64,000 bases of DNA from Candidatus Cloacimonadales bacterium. Its GTDB lineage: Bacteria > Cloacimonadota > Cloacimonadia > Cloacimonadales > JAIOQZ01. Below the pieces are notes generated by a model that saw nothing but the letters and a program-made list of their open reading frames with translations, did no database searches and was not told where the DNA came from. Position 1 is the stretch's first letter; the number at the start of each line of letters is the position of its first letter. Made by a program: the position numbers and the translations under genes. The stretch lies in assembly GCA_963665815.1 (NCBI GenBank), contig OY762463.1, positions 2,080,001 to 2,144,000 on the forward strand, in the 5' to 3' direction. Of this stretch, positions 20,068 to 29,705 are shown piece after piece.

Positions 20068-22155
20068 GTGCAGATGAAAAGAATTTTAGCATTGATAATT
20101 CTCGTTATGACTCTGAACATGTTTGCTGCTGATGATAAAGGCTTAACTCCGATCATCAATTACAGGGACTTGAAAAAGAGAGAGGCAGAAAAGAAAAAAG
20201 AGACTCCGAAGGTAGTTAAAAAGGAAGTAAAGAAACCAGCTAAGACAGAGCCCAAAAGAGAAAAAGTTAGCAGAGATAAAATTAAGAAAACTGATTTGCT
20301 TGATCTGGATAAACTACCGGAAAATGTTTTCTATAAAATAAACAGGCTGAACGTCAATGATCTGAACATTAAAGATGTTCTTCGTGGAATTGCAGTTGAA
20401 TACAAGATTAATCTGATTGTTGAGGAATCCATTAACAAGAACATTACAATTTCTCTCTCTGACATCAGCGTTATAGACTGCATTCTCTTTTTATGCGATG
20501 AGTACAACCTTGATATTCACCAGAACAGAGCAATACTGAGAATTACTGATGCTGTCATTGAGAAAGAAACTATCGGAGAGATTGAGCCTAATGAAATTAT
20601 CATTCACAATGATACTCTGACAGTTGATTTCAAGAATAAAGATGTCCAGCATGTACTTAAGACTATGTCAAAACTGAGTGGAAAGAATATTGTCTTCAAT
20701 AACTCGATTCAAGGCAGAATTAACGGATTTCTCAGAAATGTTGATTTCGAAGCAGGGCTGAAAATCCTTATGGAAAACAGTGGATTTACTCTTAACAAAA
20801 AGAATGGAATCTACTATGTAACAGTTGACGCTCAAGCCCAAAATAAGCAGAGACCAGGGTCCGCTCGCAGATCAGGTGTATGGATTACAGTTAATGAAGG
20901 GAAAATCTCATTTGATGTGAACAATGCAGACATCACCAGAATCATCAATGACATTTCTCAGGAACTCGATATAAGTATTATCACATACGGTTCACCCAAA
21001 GGAACACTTACAGCTAAATGTAAAGATCTGGATATCAATACAGCATTAAATATTATCCTGAAGGGAACTGAATTTACTTATAAAGAGGATAACGGAATTT
21101 ATGTTGTAGGCAATAAAAGCATAAGCAGTCTGATTTCCTCTAAACTGATAAAATTAAAACACATCAAAGCTGACGGGATAACTGCCCTGATTCCTGAGAC
21201 AATCATGAAAAATGCGACTCTCAAGGTAGTTAAAGAACAGAATGCTCTTATGGTAATATCCACCAATGATATTATTTATGATCTTGAAAGCTATATAAAA
21301 CAGATAGACTTACCAACTCCACAGATTCTGATAGAAGCTCTGGTTGTAGACTTTAATACATCGGATATACGTGATCTGGGAGTAATGATGGGCGTAAATA
21401 CAGCCCTCGGAGATTCATCTTCTTCATTCAAAAACTATTCTCTTCTGGATGTTGGTTTTGATAAAGACGGAAGATTATATTCTCAACAGAATGCACACTC
21501 TCTGAATAAAGGTCTTGAGCAGGTAAGTAAATGGGCAGGAGTGAAGAACATTGGAGTACTTCCGTCAAATTTCTATGCCAAGATTCAGGCTTTGGAAAGC
21601 GAAGGAAAAGCAAATGTAAAGTCCAAACCTCAGATTGCAACCTTGAACGGGCATGAGGCTAATATATCCGTTGGTACGACACAGTATTACATACTTAAAT
21701 CTACTACTCCAATAAAAAGTAATGATGATGTTATTACTCAGGAATCGGAGAAGTTTGAAGAAATAACAGCAAATGTCACTCTAACTATTGTTCCCTGGGT
21801 CGGATCATCAGGAGATGTAACTGTGGAGGTTCATCCTGAATTCAAAACTCCGGTAGGTTCATTTAATTCTTCCACTCCGCCAACGATTAACGAACGTTCT
21901 CTCGACTCTACAGTCAGGCTGAAAGACGGTGAAACAATCATTATGGGTGGACTGATTCAGGAATCAAACTCAAAGACATTCAAGAAAGTCCCAATTCTGG
22001 GAGATATTCCGCTTATCAAACACCTTTTCCGTTTTAAAGGACGCAACAACAGCAAGACAGAGTTAATGATATACATTACTCCACATATCTTCTATGGTGA
22101 TGAAAATGATTCTAAAAAATGGGAACTGATAAAAAGCGAATACGAGAAGAAATAA
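20068..22155 (+). CDS. Secretin (GspD/PilQ family)
   Basis: Signal peptide, repeated STN/N0-like domains, QILIEALVV, RLKDGETIIMGGLI, VPILGDIPLIKHLF, ELMIYITPHI. Confidence 0.93.
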   Translation: MQMKRILALIILVMTLNMFAADDKGLTPIINYRDLKKREAEKKKETPKVVKKEVKKPAKTEPKREKVSRDKIKKTDLLDLDKLPENVFYKINRLNVNDLNIKDVLRGIAVEYKINLIVEESINKNITISLSDISVIDCILFLCDEYNLDIHQNRAILRITDAVIEKETIGEIEPNEIIIHNDTLTVDFKNKDVQHVLKTMSKLSGKNIVFNNSIQGRINGFLRNVDFEAGLKILMENSGFTLNKKNGIYYVTVDAQAQNKQRPGSARRSGVWITVNEGKISFDVNNADITRIINDISQELDISIITYGSPKGTLTAKCKDLDINTALNIILKGTEFTYKEDNGIYVVGNKSISSLISSKLIKLKHIKADGITALIPETIMKNATLKVVKEQNALMVISTNDIIYDLESYIKQIDLPTPQILIEALVVDFNTSDIRDLGVMMGVNTALGDSSSSFKNYSLLDVGFDKDGRLYSQQNAHSLNKGLEQVSKWAGVKNIGVLPSNFYAKIQALESEGKANVKSKPQIATLNGHEANISVGTTQYYILKSTTPIKSNDDVITQESEKFEEITANVTLTIVPWVGSSGDVTVEVHPEFKTPVGSFNSSTPPTINERSLDSTVRLKDGETIIMGGLIQESNSKTFKKVPILGDIPLIKHLFRFKGRNNSKTELMIYITPHIFYGDENDSKKWELIKSEYEKK

Positions 22156-23444
22156 TGGTTCCATATTTATCCAAAACTATTACAGCCATATCGTTCGACG
22201 ATAATCTGCTGAGAATTCTTACCTGTAGAAGAACGCTGAATAAAACCGATATTCTTGTTAAAGAACAGGTTGAGCTGCATGATGAGAACCTATGTGAAGC
22301 CGTACAGGAACATGTAAAACTCAGAAACGATTCTCTGTATATGCTGCTTCTTCCTGATTCTCTCGTGGAGACTATGGTTATAGATGTCCATGAACAGCTT
22401 GATGAAGATGAACTTGATGACTGGATTCATGATCACTGGGTTGCAGGAATTACAGAAAATCCTGAGATTTATCAATACAGGTACATGCAGTTAAACGAAG
22501 AAAAATTCCTTGTTGCATTTATTGAGAAAACAATTATAAAGCAGCATACAGAACTGTTCAAAAGAATAGGAATCGATTTGTTTTTCATTGGAGCTTCTTC
22601 TTTAACAATAGGCTCAGTTCTTGCAGAAGACGAAAAACTGAAAAGTAAGCATATCTGTATTTCCAAAGCTATTGGTGAAGACATGTCGTTATACAGCGTG
22701 TTCCATGAAAGTAAACTAATTGATTTTGCTGTTGAGGATAATCAGACCAGAATTACTGATTTTATGCATGTAGACGAACAGATAAAGAGTGACAACCTGA
22801 AGGATCTGGAAATCTCAGGAGTAACAGGTGACTTTTTCTCCAACTACGGGGCAATTCTGGAATACTACAATACAAAATCAGTTAGTCTTAACTTTGCTGA
22901 GGATAAGGACAAGGCTTTTGTCTCAATTGCCAGATTCAACACAACAAAACTCCTGATGCTTCTGGTTTTTGCTTTCGCTGTTGTGTACGGTATCCCCGGA
23001 ATAAGTAATTTACTGCTGAGTAATACTCTCAGTTCACAGTCGGAGCAACTTGCAGTGCTGAAAGACAAAACGTCTCTTCTGAAGAAAGAAGAAAAGGCTA
23101 TTGAAGAAATGAATAATGTCTTCAGGCAGACAAACAAGCTTAGCAATAAGAAATCAGAAATGGCAGCTTATCTGGAAGTTATTGGAAAACATCTACCGGC
23201 AGATACCTGGCTGACTGATCTTGATATAGAAAACACTGACAACAACACTATAGTAACAGTAGAGGGTTATTCCTTCGCAAATACAAAAGTATCTGCTTAT
23301 CTGCAGAATCTGGAGAAAACAGAGATCTTTTCCTCCGTTAAGTTTCAGAAGATGGAGCATATCACAAAGGATTTCCCGGTTGAAGTCTCCAATGCAAGCA
23401 GTATGTACATTTTTACAATTGAGCTGAAGAGAGGTGAAAAATGA
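22155..23444 (+). CDS. PilM-PilN / GspL-like fused alignment protein
   Basis: Cytoplasmic N-terminal part, single TM, coiled coil, then LPADTWLTDL..VEGYS..YLQNLE (PilN-like). ATG overlaps the secretin TAA. Confidence 0.75.
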   Translation: MVPYLSKTITAISFDDNLLRILTCRRTLNKTDILVKEQVELHDENLCEAVQEHVKLRNDSLYMLLLPDSLVETMVIDVHEQLDEDELDDWIHDHWVAGITENPEIYQYRYMQLNEEKFLVAFIEKTIIKQHTELFKRIGIDLFFIGASSLTIGSVLAEDEKLKSKHICISKAIGEDMSLYSVFHESKLIDFAVEDNQTRITDFMHVDEQIKSDNLKDLEISGVTGDFFSNYGAILEYYNTKSVSLNFAEDKDKAFVSIARFNTTKLLMLLVFAFAVVYGIPGISNLLLSNTLSSQSEQLAVLKDKTSLLKKEEKAIEEMNNVFRQTNKLSNKKSEMAAYLEVIGKHLPADTWLTDLDIENTDNNTIVTVEGYSFANTKVSAYLQNLEKTEIFSSVKFQKMEHITKDFPVEVSNASSMYIFTIELKRGEK

Positions 23445-23959
23445 CACATTCAACTCGATTCTGGCAAATGCTTTCCATTGTGGGAGGAGTATTGATCCTT
23501 GTTCTGCTGAAATCATTAGCTATCCCTGAAGTTATTACTCTTACAGGTAATATAAAGCAGATCACTGTTAATAAAAAACTGATTGAACAGAGTATCAACT
23601 GGGAAGAAAACCTGCAAAGTCTGCGAGTCAAGAAGAAAAGGCTTGAGAATAAGTATCAGGATGTGATAAGCAGAAACTCTTTCCGTAACACTGCCGATAT
23701 CCCTGTTCTGATTGATCAGGTATGCAAGAAGAACAACGTCAGCCTTGTAAAGATGCAGCCTGTTTCCGAGACAAAGAAACAGCAATACACTATCGCTGTG
23801 ATAGAAGCCGAGATCAACGGATCATATAAGGATTCCGGACTACTGATTGAGGAACTGGAACAACTCCACGATAATATCTATATCAGTCAGATTGAGATGA
23901 CTACAGAGAGTAAACAGCTTCATACTAAGATTGTGTTTGAGACAACGCTAATATACTGA
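23441..23959 (+). CDS. PilO/GspM-like protein
   Basis: N-terminal TM, coiled coil, IEAEINGSYKDSGLLIEELEQ. Confidence 0.7.
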   Translation: MTHSTRFWQMLSIVGGVLILVLLKSLAIPEVITLTGNIKQITVNKKLIEQSINWEENLQSLRVKKKRLENKYQDVISRNSFRNTADIPVLIDQVCKKNNVSLVKMQPVSETKKQQYTIAVIEAEINGSYKDSGLLIEELEQLHDNIYISQIEMTTESKQLHTKIVFETTLIY

Positions 23960-23977
23960 TGAGAAGGACATACTCTA

Positions 23978-24448
23978 ATGAATAAATACAGAAAATTGTT
24001 CACCGTGTTACTGATAATTGCCGCTATAGTTGTCTGGGGATCGTTCTTTGTGAGAGTAAAACAGGCAAAGGCAGAGGACAGCCAACAGACAGCATCCATA
24101 GACAATAAAGTAATTGAAACCACCAGAACTGACAGCCTGAACATAGATTTTATGGGTAGTTTCCGTGATCCGTTTGCCCACACTCCTGCTCCAGTGGAAA
24201 AGAAAAAAGAAACCCAGCCAAAGCATTACCCAAAACCAATTGTCCAGCGACCAGACATAAATATTACCGGTGTAATAGGTAAAACCCTGATACTTGAGTT
24301 TAAAGGTAAATCCATGGTGCTAAGCCAGGATGAACAGGCAGAATTCGGGCTGATATACAGCATAGAACCTGACTCTGTTATAGTGCAGGTTAAAGATAAC
24401 TTTTTTACCTATAAACTGGCTAAGGACAACAGGATGGAGTTGGAGTAG
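23978..24448 (+). CDS. PilP/GspC-like protein, last gene of the operon
   Basis: N-terminal TM, FRDPF motif, INITGVIG. Confidence 0.65.
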   Translation: MNKYRKLFTVLLIIAAIVVWGSFFVRVKQAKAEDSQQTASIDNKVIETTRTDSLNIDFMGSFRDPFAHTPAPVEKKKETQPKHYPKPIVQRPDINITGVIGKTLILEFKGKSMVLSQDEQAEFGLIYSIEPDSVIVQVKDNFFTYKLAKDNRMELE

Positions 24449-24503
24449 CGGAATAATAATCCCATTAGAATAAAACCACGAAACCCACTAAAAGACACGA
24501 AAG

Positions 24504-24530
24504 AAAAAGCCAGAAAACATGTTTCTGGCT
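24504..24530 (-). terminator. Repeated cassette terminator, copy 1 (may be bidirectional)
   Basis: AGCCAGAAA-ACATG-TTTCTGGCT hairpin, giving a T-tract on the minus strand. Confidence 0.75.
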
Positions 24531-24556
24531 AAGATATTATTACAGCTTAAAAAAGC

Positions 24557-24778
24557 TTACTGCTTTTGTTCTTTGTTGAGCATGCTCTCTAATTCATCAA
24601 AAATACTCATTTCCTTTTCTGAGAAATCAACTTTGAAATTTGAAATTGGATTCATCTCCTTTTTTACAAACCAGCTCTTAACTTTCTTAGTTACATTAAC
24701 ACCTACATCCGTTAGTACTTTTATTCCAGCCTTTATCCCTTTATGACTTACTGAACCCAATCGACAGATTCTAAGCAA
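24557..24778 (-). CDS. Small ORF or gene remnant
   Basis: 73-aa ORF between the DUF5071-like gene and the terminator; no clear RBS. Confidence 0.25.
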   Translation of the reverse strand: MLRICRLGSVSHKGIKAGIKVLTDVGVNVTKKVKSWFVKKEMNPISNFKVDFSEKEMSIFDELESMLNKEQKQ

Positions 24779-25260
24779 GTCATGGATTCCTTTGAAATAA
24801 CAGTATCACGATAAAAATCAATTTCTTTCAAAAGATATTTTATTCCCCCTAACCATTCAATATCTTCTTCCTTTCGTGCAATTGTAATTGCATTTTCAAT
24901 TTTGCTTATATCAATCAATGTTTTATTAGATTCTATTAGTAAGATTATATTTTGTGTCCCTGGCCAGTTTATATCCTGAAACCATTCAAGCAACAAATCA
25001 AAATTCTCCTGAACTTTTTCAAAATCTACTTTCCCTAGGAAAATAGATAATTTATACAATAACATTGTGCCTCGTACGAAAAATAGTTGTCTTAATAAAT
25101 TATCATCCGAACTATTGATCTCATTCAAAAGCTTGTTCATCTGTGAAAGATTATCTAAATCTAATTCTTCAAATTGTTTTCTAATTCTTTGTTTCATATT
25201 GATTATCCTTATCATTTTATGGTTATAGATTGAAGTACTTTTGTCAATGGATGTGGACAA
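24748..25260 (-). CDS. DUF5071-like protein, putative orphan immunity (real start probably near 25198)
   Basis: LLEWFQDINWPG motif; lies behind a cassette leader with no toxin stub. Confidence 0.65.
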   Translation of the reverse strand: MSTSIDKSTSIYNHKMIRIINMKQRIRKQFEELDLDNLSQMNKLLNEINSSDDNLLRQLFFVRGTMLLYKLSIFLGKVDFEKVQENFDLLLEWFQDINWPGTQNIILLIESNKTLIDISKIENAITIARKEEDIEWLGGIKYLLKEIDFYRDTVISKESMTCLESVDWVQ

Positions 25261-25280
25261 GTAAAGCTGTGTTACCTACG

Positions 25281-25344
25281 TACAATCCATCCTCCTTACT
25301 CCATATTATAGCTAAATTGAGCTCAGTAGTGGCAAATGGTCAAG
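25281..25344 (-). promoter_or_regulatory. Repeated cassette leader A (promoter-like, RBS, TTG)
   Basis: Minus strand reads CTTGACC-N27-TATAAT-ATGGAG-TAAGGAGG-ATGGA-TTG. Confidence 0.75.
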
Positions 25345-25395
25345 GAAATATTGTTAAAAAGGGATAATCCCATTTGGATAGAACAACAAAAATAA

Positions 25396-25514
25396 GATCA
25401 GACATAAACATAACCGGTGTAATAGGTAAATCCATGGTGCTAAACAAGGATGAACAGGCAGAATTCGGACTGATTTACAGCATAGAACCGGAATCTGTTA
25501 TAGTGCAGGTGAAG
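25396..25514 (+). pseudogene. Partial copy of the 3' part of the PilP-like gene
   Basis: Matches from 24249 onward, with a 27-nt deletion between two GGTAAA repeats. Confidence 0.85.
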
Positions 25515-25521
25515 GTATACG

Positions 25522-25542
25522 AAAGCCCCTCGAAAGGGGTTT
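25522..25542 (-). terminator. Probable terminator after 25569-25898
   Basis: AAAGCCCCT-CGAA-AGGGGTTT. Confidence 0.55.
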
Positions 25543-25568
25543 ATAAATATTGATAAATTTTACCATAT

Positions 25569-25898
25569 CTAACTACTGAGTGCTTTGTATAGTAGATGGA
25601 CTAAGAACCCCATCGCTCCAATAAAAATTGAAGCTACCACACAAAAAACATAAATCCTCAAAGCAATGATGAAATAATACAATGACTTCCTATCACTTGT
25701 TGAATTTTTACATGCATCCTTAAGTTGTCTGAATGTTGGTCTATTATCAAGAAAATTCGAGGAGTTTAAGTTTTTGAAATCATTTTTATTATTCTTTTGG
25801 CTCAATAAATAAAATTCCTCATCAGTAAAATATATAAACCACTCAATAACAAAAGAAACTATCATCAAAAGTACTGCAATCACAGAGAAAATTCCCAT
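25569..25898 (-). CDS. Two-TM membrane protein, putative immunity
   Basis: Directly after the toxin tip, GAGGA RBS, two hydrophobic segments. Confidence 0.7.
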   Translation of the reverse strand: MGIFSVIAVLLMIVSFVIEWFIYFTDEEFYLLSQKNNKNDFKNLNSSNFLDNRPTFRQLKDACKNSTSDRKSLYYFIIALRIYVFCVVASIFIGAMGFLVHLLYKALSS

Positions 25899-25908
25899 TT
25901 TATAGTCC

Positions 25909-26793
25909 TCAATCTAATTCATTAATAAGTTCTTGATCAACTGTGGTTCCATTCCCAGGTAGATTAACTGGTCCAATAATCTTGTTAGTCAACGACTGGC
26001 AGCTATTTTTAAAGTCATAATAATGTTTTTGAACCTGATAATAGAATTTGGATTCCCAAGAGTATGGAGCATTTTTATCTATTTCAGTCTTTGAATGATC
26101 AATATAAGCACTTGATCCTTTTGCTTTTCCCATACTTATGTTAAAACCAACGTACCATTTATCTAATTCTCTATCACGTATTATGTTCACTTCAGCACCA
26201 AAAAGTTGAATTATCGGATGTTCGGTTAAACCTGATACACCTATGTTTAGACCACGTCCAAGAAGAGAATTGGGGTCATTTGTACCGAAAAGAAATCCAA
26301 AACCTCCAGAAAGACCTACACCTCCTGCATAAGATCCTCCTTTAGAATCTGTACTGAATTGAATACCTTTGAAACCATTATCGTACCCAATTGCTCTACC
26401 AACTAGATACTCTTCAGTGTAACCCACATTCCATCTAGCTGAAGTAAATGCATATGCTACAGCTCTCCCATCCGGGTCAACAAAAATAATAGGATTGTTA
26501 GCACAATACACATAAGGGCTAAAGAATTCATCCGCCGGGTCAACTGCATGCCAGCGTCCTAACTCAGGGTCGTAATAACGCACTCCGTAGTGGTAGCTGT
26601 GAGCTTGCAGGGCATAGCCCGAAAGTCTCCAAAAATGAGCTCGTAGCCTCAGGCGAGAGTCTCCACTCCGAAGTTCGTAGGACGTGAGTCCGAGAACCAT
26701 AGGAGGTACATTATTCCCATCCTCATGCTCTTTTCCGTTATACAGGAACTTGTTGTCCTGCCCGGTATCAGAGGACATTCCACCCAGTCTCAT
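25909..26793 (-). CDS. Orphan RHS stub plus Gly-rich toxin tip (cassette B)
   Basis: FLYNGKE..YHYGVRYYDP..NPIIFVDPDG with a 37-aa in-frame hairpin-encoded insert. The leader TTG at 26860 is out of frame because of a roughly 10-nt duplication at the HYY codons. Confidence 0.85.
   Translation of the reverse strand: MRLGGMSSDTGQDNKFLYNGKEHEDGNNVPPMVLGLTSYELRSGDSRLRLRAHFWRLSGYALQAHSYHYGVRYYDPELGRWHAVDPADEFFSPYVYCANNPIIFVDPDGRAVAYAFTSARWNVGYTEEYLVGRAIGYDNGFKGIQFSTDSKGGSYAGGVGLSGGFGFLFGTNDPNSLLGRGLNIGVSGLTEHPIIQLFGAEVNIIRDRELDKWYVGFNISMGKAKGSSAYIDHSKTEIDKNAPYSWESKFYYQVQKHYYDFKNSCQSLTNKIIGPVNLPGNGTTVDQELINELD
26601..26706 (+). repeat. GNA/GA hairpin element, 3 units
   Basis: GAGCTT-GCA-GGGC-ATA-GCCC-GA-AAGTCTC / GAGCTC-GTA-GCC-TCA-GGC-GA-GAGTCTC / GTTC-GTA-GGAC-GTGA-GTCC-GA-GAAC. 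Confidence 0.92.
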
Positions 26794-26855
26794 ACCAAAT
26801 GGGTAATAGTGGATAATAATGATCTTCCTGTAAATTCGTTACGTTATTTCCTACG

Positions 26856-26919
26856 TACAATCCAGCCTCCTTACTCCATATTATAGCTAAATTGCACTCA
26901 TTAGCTGGAAACGGTCAAG
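26856..26919 (-). promoter_or_regulatory. Repeated cassette leader B
   Basis: CTTGACC..TATAATATGGAGTAAGGAGGCTGGATTG. Confidence 0.75.
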
Positions 26920-26984
26920 AAAATATTTTCGAGATTACAATCCCATGAAGATAGAACCACGAAATACACTAAATGGCACTAAAG

Positions 26985-27013
26985 AAAAAGCCAGAAAACA
27001 TGTTTCTGGCTTT
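26985..27013 (-). terminator. Repeated cassette terminator, copy 2
   Basis: AAAGCCAGAAA-ACATG-TTTCTGGCTTT. Confidence 0.75.
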
Positions 27014-27052
27014 GCAAATTTGACTAAACTAATATTATATTTTATGCTTTCT

Positions 27053-27442
27053 CTAGTCCTTTTGTTTCGCGTAAATCATTTTGATTTTTAAAACTTTATC
27101 ATACCATGGATTATCTTTTCTTGCAATTAAATAATGTATAAATGCAGGAATAGGTGTAATACAATAAATGAGTTTTAAGACTAAACGAAGCAAAATTTTC
27201 TTGTTGCTTATTTTACCTTTTCTCTCAACATCAATTAAGCAAATATTGAATAACATCATGCCAAAAGTTTCCCCTTTTGAAAAAAAAGGCAAGACAATAT
27301 GATTGAAAAAGAAAAGCGAAAAAATGACATAGGGAGGACCAATGAAGTCCTTTGAATATGACTCAATTAAGTGTCCTAAAACAAAAATTATTATTGTTTC
27401 AAGATAGAACAATAAGAATCTTGGAATAAGTTTTACTATCAT
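27053..27442 (-). CDS. RDD-like membrane protein, putative immunity
   Basis: R..LFYLE, GETFGMMLFNICLID, LLRLVLK, WYDKVLK pattern; GAGGAG RBS before ATG 27442. Confidence 0.65.
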   Translation of the reverse strand: MIVKLIPRFLLFYLETIIIFVLGHLIESYSKDFIGPPYVIFSLFFFNHIVLPFFSKGETFGMMLFNICLIDVERKGKISNKKILLRLVLKLIYCITPIPAFIHYLIARKDNPWYDKVLKIKMIYAKQKD

Positions 27443-27446
27443 ATAA

Positions 27447-28293
27447 TTACTCCTCATTTGGCCACAATTCCATTGGAGGTACTTTTAGCTCAACTCCTCC
27501 TCCAACAATTACACCTGCTTTCAGTCCTATACTATGATCTCCCCCCCCAATCATGTCCATAGGAAACTCCAGCACCAATAGTGCCTATATCCCCATGTAA
27601 CCTCAGGGATGATCCATCATCATGGGTACTCTTGATACCAAGCTCTAGAGTAGTTACTGCAGCTTCTGCAGCAAATTTCAAACCACTTGTTCCTCCGACT
27701 GCTTTTCCTTTCAAAGATAATTTTGCGAAGTTTTTATCATAATCAAAATGTGCTCCTTCAGCATATGGATTAATAATTTTCCCCTCTTCCTTTACTGCCT
27801 GAGCTTCAAAACTCCCTTCAAAACCAAGTCTATCAAGACCAATATGAAATTTTATCTCACCTTTTATAACCCATTCCTTTGTAACTGTTCCATCCCAGAA
27901 TCTACTAATATTAATATATTTCTCATCTAATGTAAATGGAATTTCAAAAGCCCCATCCGGATCAAGGAAGTTCACCGGGTCGTTGTGGCAATACACATAA
28001 GGACTAAAGAACTCATCAGCCGGGTCAACTGCCATCCAGCAATGAGCTTGCAGGGCATAGCCCGAAAGTCTCCAAAAATGAGCTCGTAGCCGCAGGAGAG
28101 AGTCTCCACTCCGAAGTTCGCAGGATGCAAATCCGAGAACCATAGGAGGTACATTACTCTCATCTTCAAACTCTTTGTTGTTGTAGAGGAATTTGTTATC
28201 CACACTATTGTTAACGGATAATCCCGGAATCCTCATCCCGAACGGATAGTAATGATCTTTCTGGACTTTTAAAGCTGTGTTTCCCAGATACAA
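27447..28293 (-). CDS. Orphan RHS stub plus toxin tip (cassette C); frameshift in a G8 run at 27541-27548
   Basis: QKDHYYPFG..NDPVNFLDPDG. Removing one G extends the ORF to TAA 27447, adjacent to the next gene. Confidence 0.8.
28044..28149 (+). repeat. GNA/GA hairpin element, 3 units
   Basis: Same 106-nt element; third unit GTTC-GCA-GGAT-GCAA-ATCC-GA-GAAC. Confidence 0.92.
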
Positions 28294-28352
28294 TCCATCC
28301 TCCTTACTCCATAATATAGCAAAATTGCACTTATTAGCGGCAAATGGTCAAG
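28289..28352 (-). promoter_or_regulatory. Repeated cassette leader C
   Basis: CTTGACC..TGCTATATTATGGAGTAAGGAGGATGGATTG (TTG at 28293). Confidence 0.75.
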
Positions 28353-28416
28353 GAAATTGTTCACTTGATTATAATCCTATTAGTATGAAGACATGAACTA
28401 CACTTTAGGACAAAGG

Positions 28417-28443
28417 AAAGCCAGAAAACGAGTTTCTGGCTTT
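28417..28443 (-). terminator. Repeated cassette terminator, copy 3
   Basis: AAAGCCAGAAA-ACGAG-TTTCTGGCTTT. Confidence 0.75.
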
Positions 28444-28506
28444 GAAACAAAATATAGTTATTTAGCTTTATATGCTCCATGAAGCAATTTACGGTTAGTG
28501 TTTGAC

Positions 28507-29217
28507 TTATCGGTAATCAACATCAAAGGAAACATTTCCTTCAAATGTAGTATTTGCTGAAGACATTCTTGTATGTATTGATACTTGTCTAATTTTAAGT
28601 ATATTATGGATAATTTCAGAATTAAAAGTGAATTCTGTAGAATTTTTCATGTTTTCATTTGATAATTCTGATGTACATCCCTCTAGTACAATTAAGCTAT
28701 CAACAGTATTATAAGTATATGAAATAATGGATGATATATTATTATCTGTGACAGATTCCCTAATCAAAATATTATTCCCTTTTCTATTTACCTCATAGTC
28801 ATTTTCTTCTGACAAAATATTGAAGTAGTGTTCAAAAGACAAAACTATATATTCTTGAAAGGCGGTAATTTGATTTTCTATGCTGATATTTACTTGATTA
28901 AGACCATCAGCTTGCTGTTGAGATAGCTTTGATTGCTCTATAAAGAATATTTTTGGAGGTTCGACAATGAAATTCCCATCAACGTATTTTAGAATATAAA
29001 GTATGCTATCTGGTGATTCAATGTTGCCTTTTGCAAATCCATCCAACTGTTTTTCTGTATTAAGATAAAGTCTTTTAATCTCGTTGCATGAAATCTCTAC
29101 ATTTTTGTATTGATTAAGAAACTTCTGATTTAGAACCAGTTTATCTGTTATATCTCTAATATTATCACCATACAGCTTTGATATGAAAATTAACATTATT
29201 AATAATGAGAATCTCAT
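28507..29217 (-). CDS. Exported hypothetical protein, possible second immunity/accessory gene
   Basis: Signal-peptide-like MRFSLLIMLIFISKLYG; start overlaps the upstream stop. Confidence 0.65.
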   Translation of the reverse strand: MRFSLLIMLIFISKLYGDNIRDITDKLVLNQKFLNQYKNVEISCNEIKRLYLNTEKQLDGFAKGNIESPDSILYILKYVDGNFIVEPPKIFFIEQSKLSQQQADGLNQVNISIENQITAFQEYIVLSFEHYFNILSEENDYEVNRKGNNILIRESVTDNNISSIISYTYNTVDSLIVLEGCTSELSNENMKNSTEFTFNSEIIHNILKIRQVSIHTRMSSANTTFEGNVSFDVDYR

Positions 29218-29693
29218 AGAACATCCTTATCGTTTTTTAATAGTAATATGTTTTTGAAAAAATGTCTTAACATAATTACAGTGATTTTGTATCCAGATTG
29301 GTTCGAAATTAATGTATATAGCATAAGAAATGATAACAGGAGTAAAAAAGGAATCCAAAGAGAATACACTATATGGGCACTAAGTATAAGAGAGAAAATG
29401 GAATAAGATATACTCCAATAAAATCTGAAACGCAAAGTATAACTATGCTTCAATCTTATATCTATATTAAAACCGGAAATAATCATATTTTCTGAGGTTT
29501 GAGATGTAATATATTCACCAAAACTTAGATATTGATTATGTCTCTTACCAGAAAAAATGAGCATATTAAAAAGGGGAGGAATCAGTCCTATAAAAATAAC
29601 TAAATTAATGTTGTTTTCTGTTAGAATAGATGCAATGAAACAAAAAATAAGTAAAACCATTGTATCAATTGCGAATGAGATAAATCCTTTCAT
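29214..29693 (-). CDS. Multi-TM membrane protein, putative immunity
   Basis: About four hydrophobic segments, AAGGAG RBS, follows the hydrophobic toxin tip. Confidence 0.7.
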   Translation of the reverse strand: MKGFISFAIDTMVLLIFCFIASILTENNINLVIFIGLIPPLFNMLIFSGKRHNQYLSFGEYITSQTSENMIISGFNIDIRLKHSYTLRFRFYWSISYSIFSLILSAHIVYSLWIPFLLLLSFLMLYTLISNQSGYKITVIMLRHFFKNILLLKNDKDVL

Positions 29694-29705
29694 TTTTTCT
29701 CCTTT

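Noticed and set aside
25281-25344. TTGACC and TATAAT of the leader as a canonical sigma70 -35/-10 pair
   Set aside because: The spacer is 27 nt rather than about 17, so promoter function remains tentative (extended -10 or regulator site).
26595-26710. In-frame 37-aa insert as a mini-intein (ends H then S/C)
   Set aside because: Far too short, lacks the N-terminal C/S and terminal Asn, and is explained by DNA hairpin structure.
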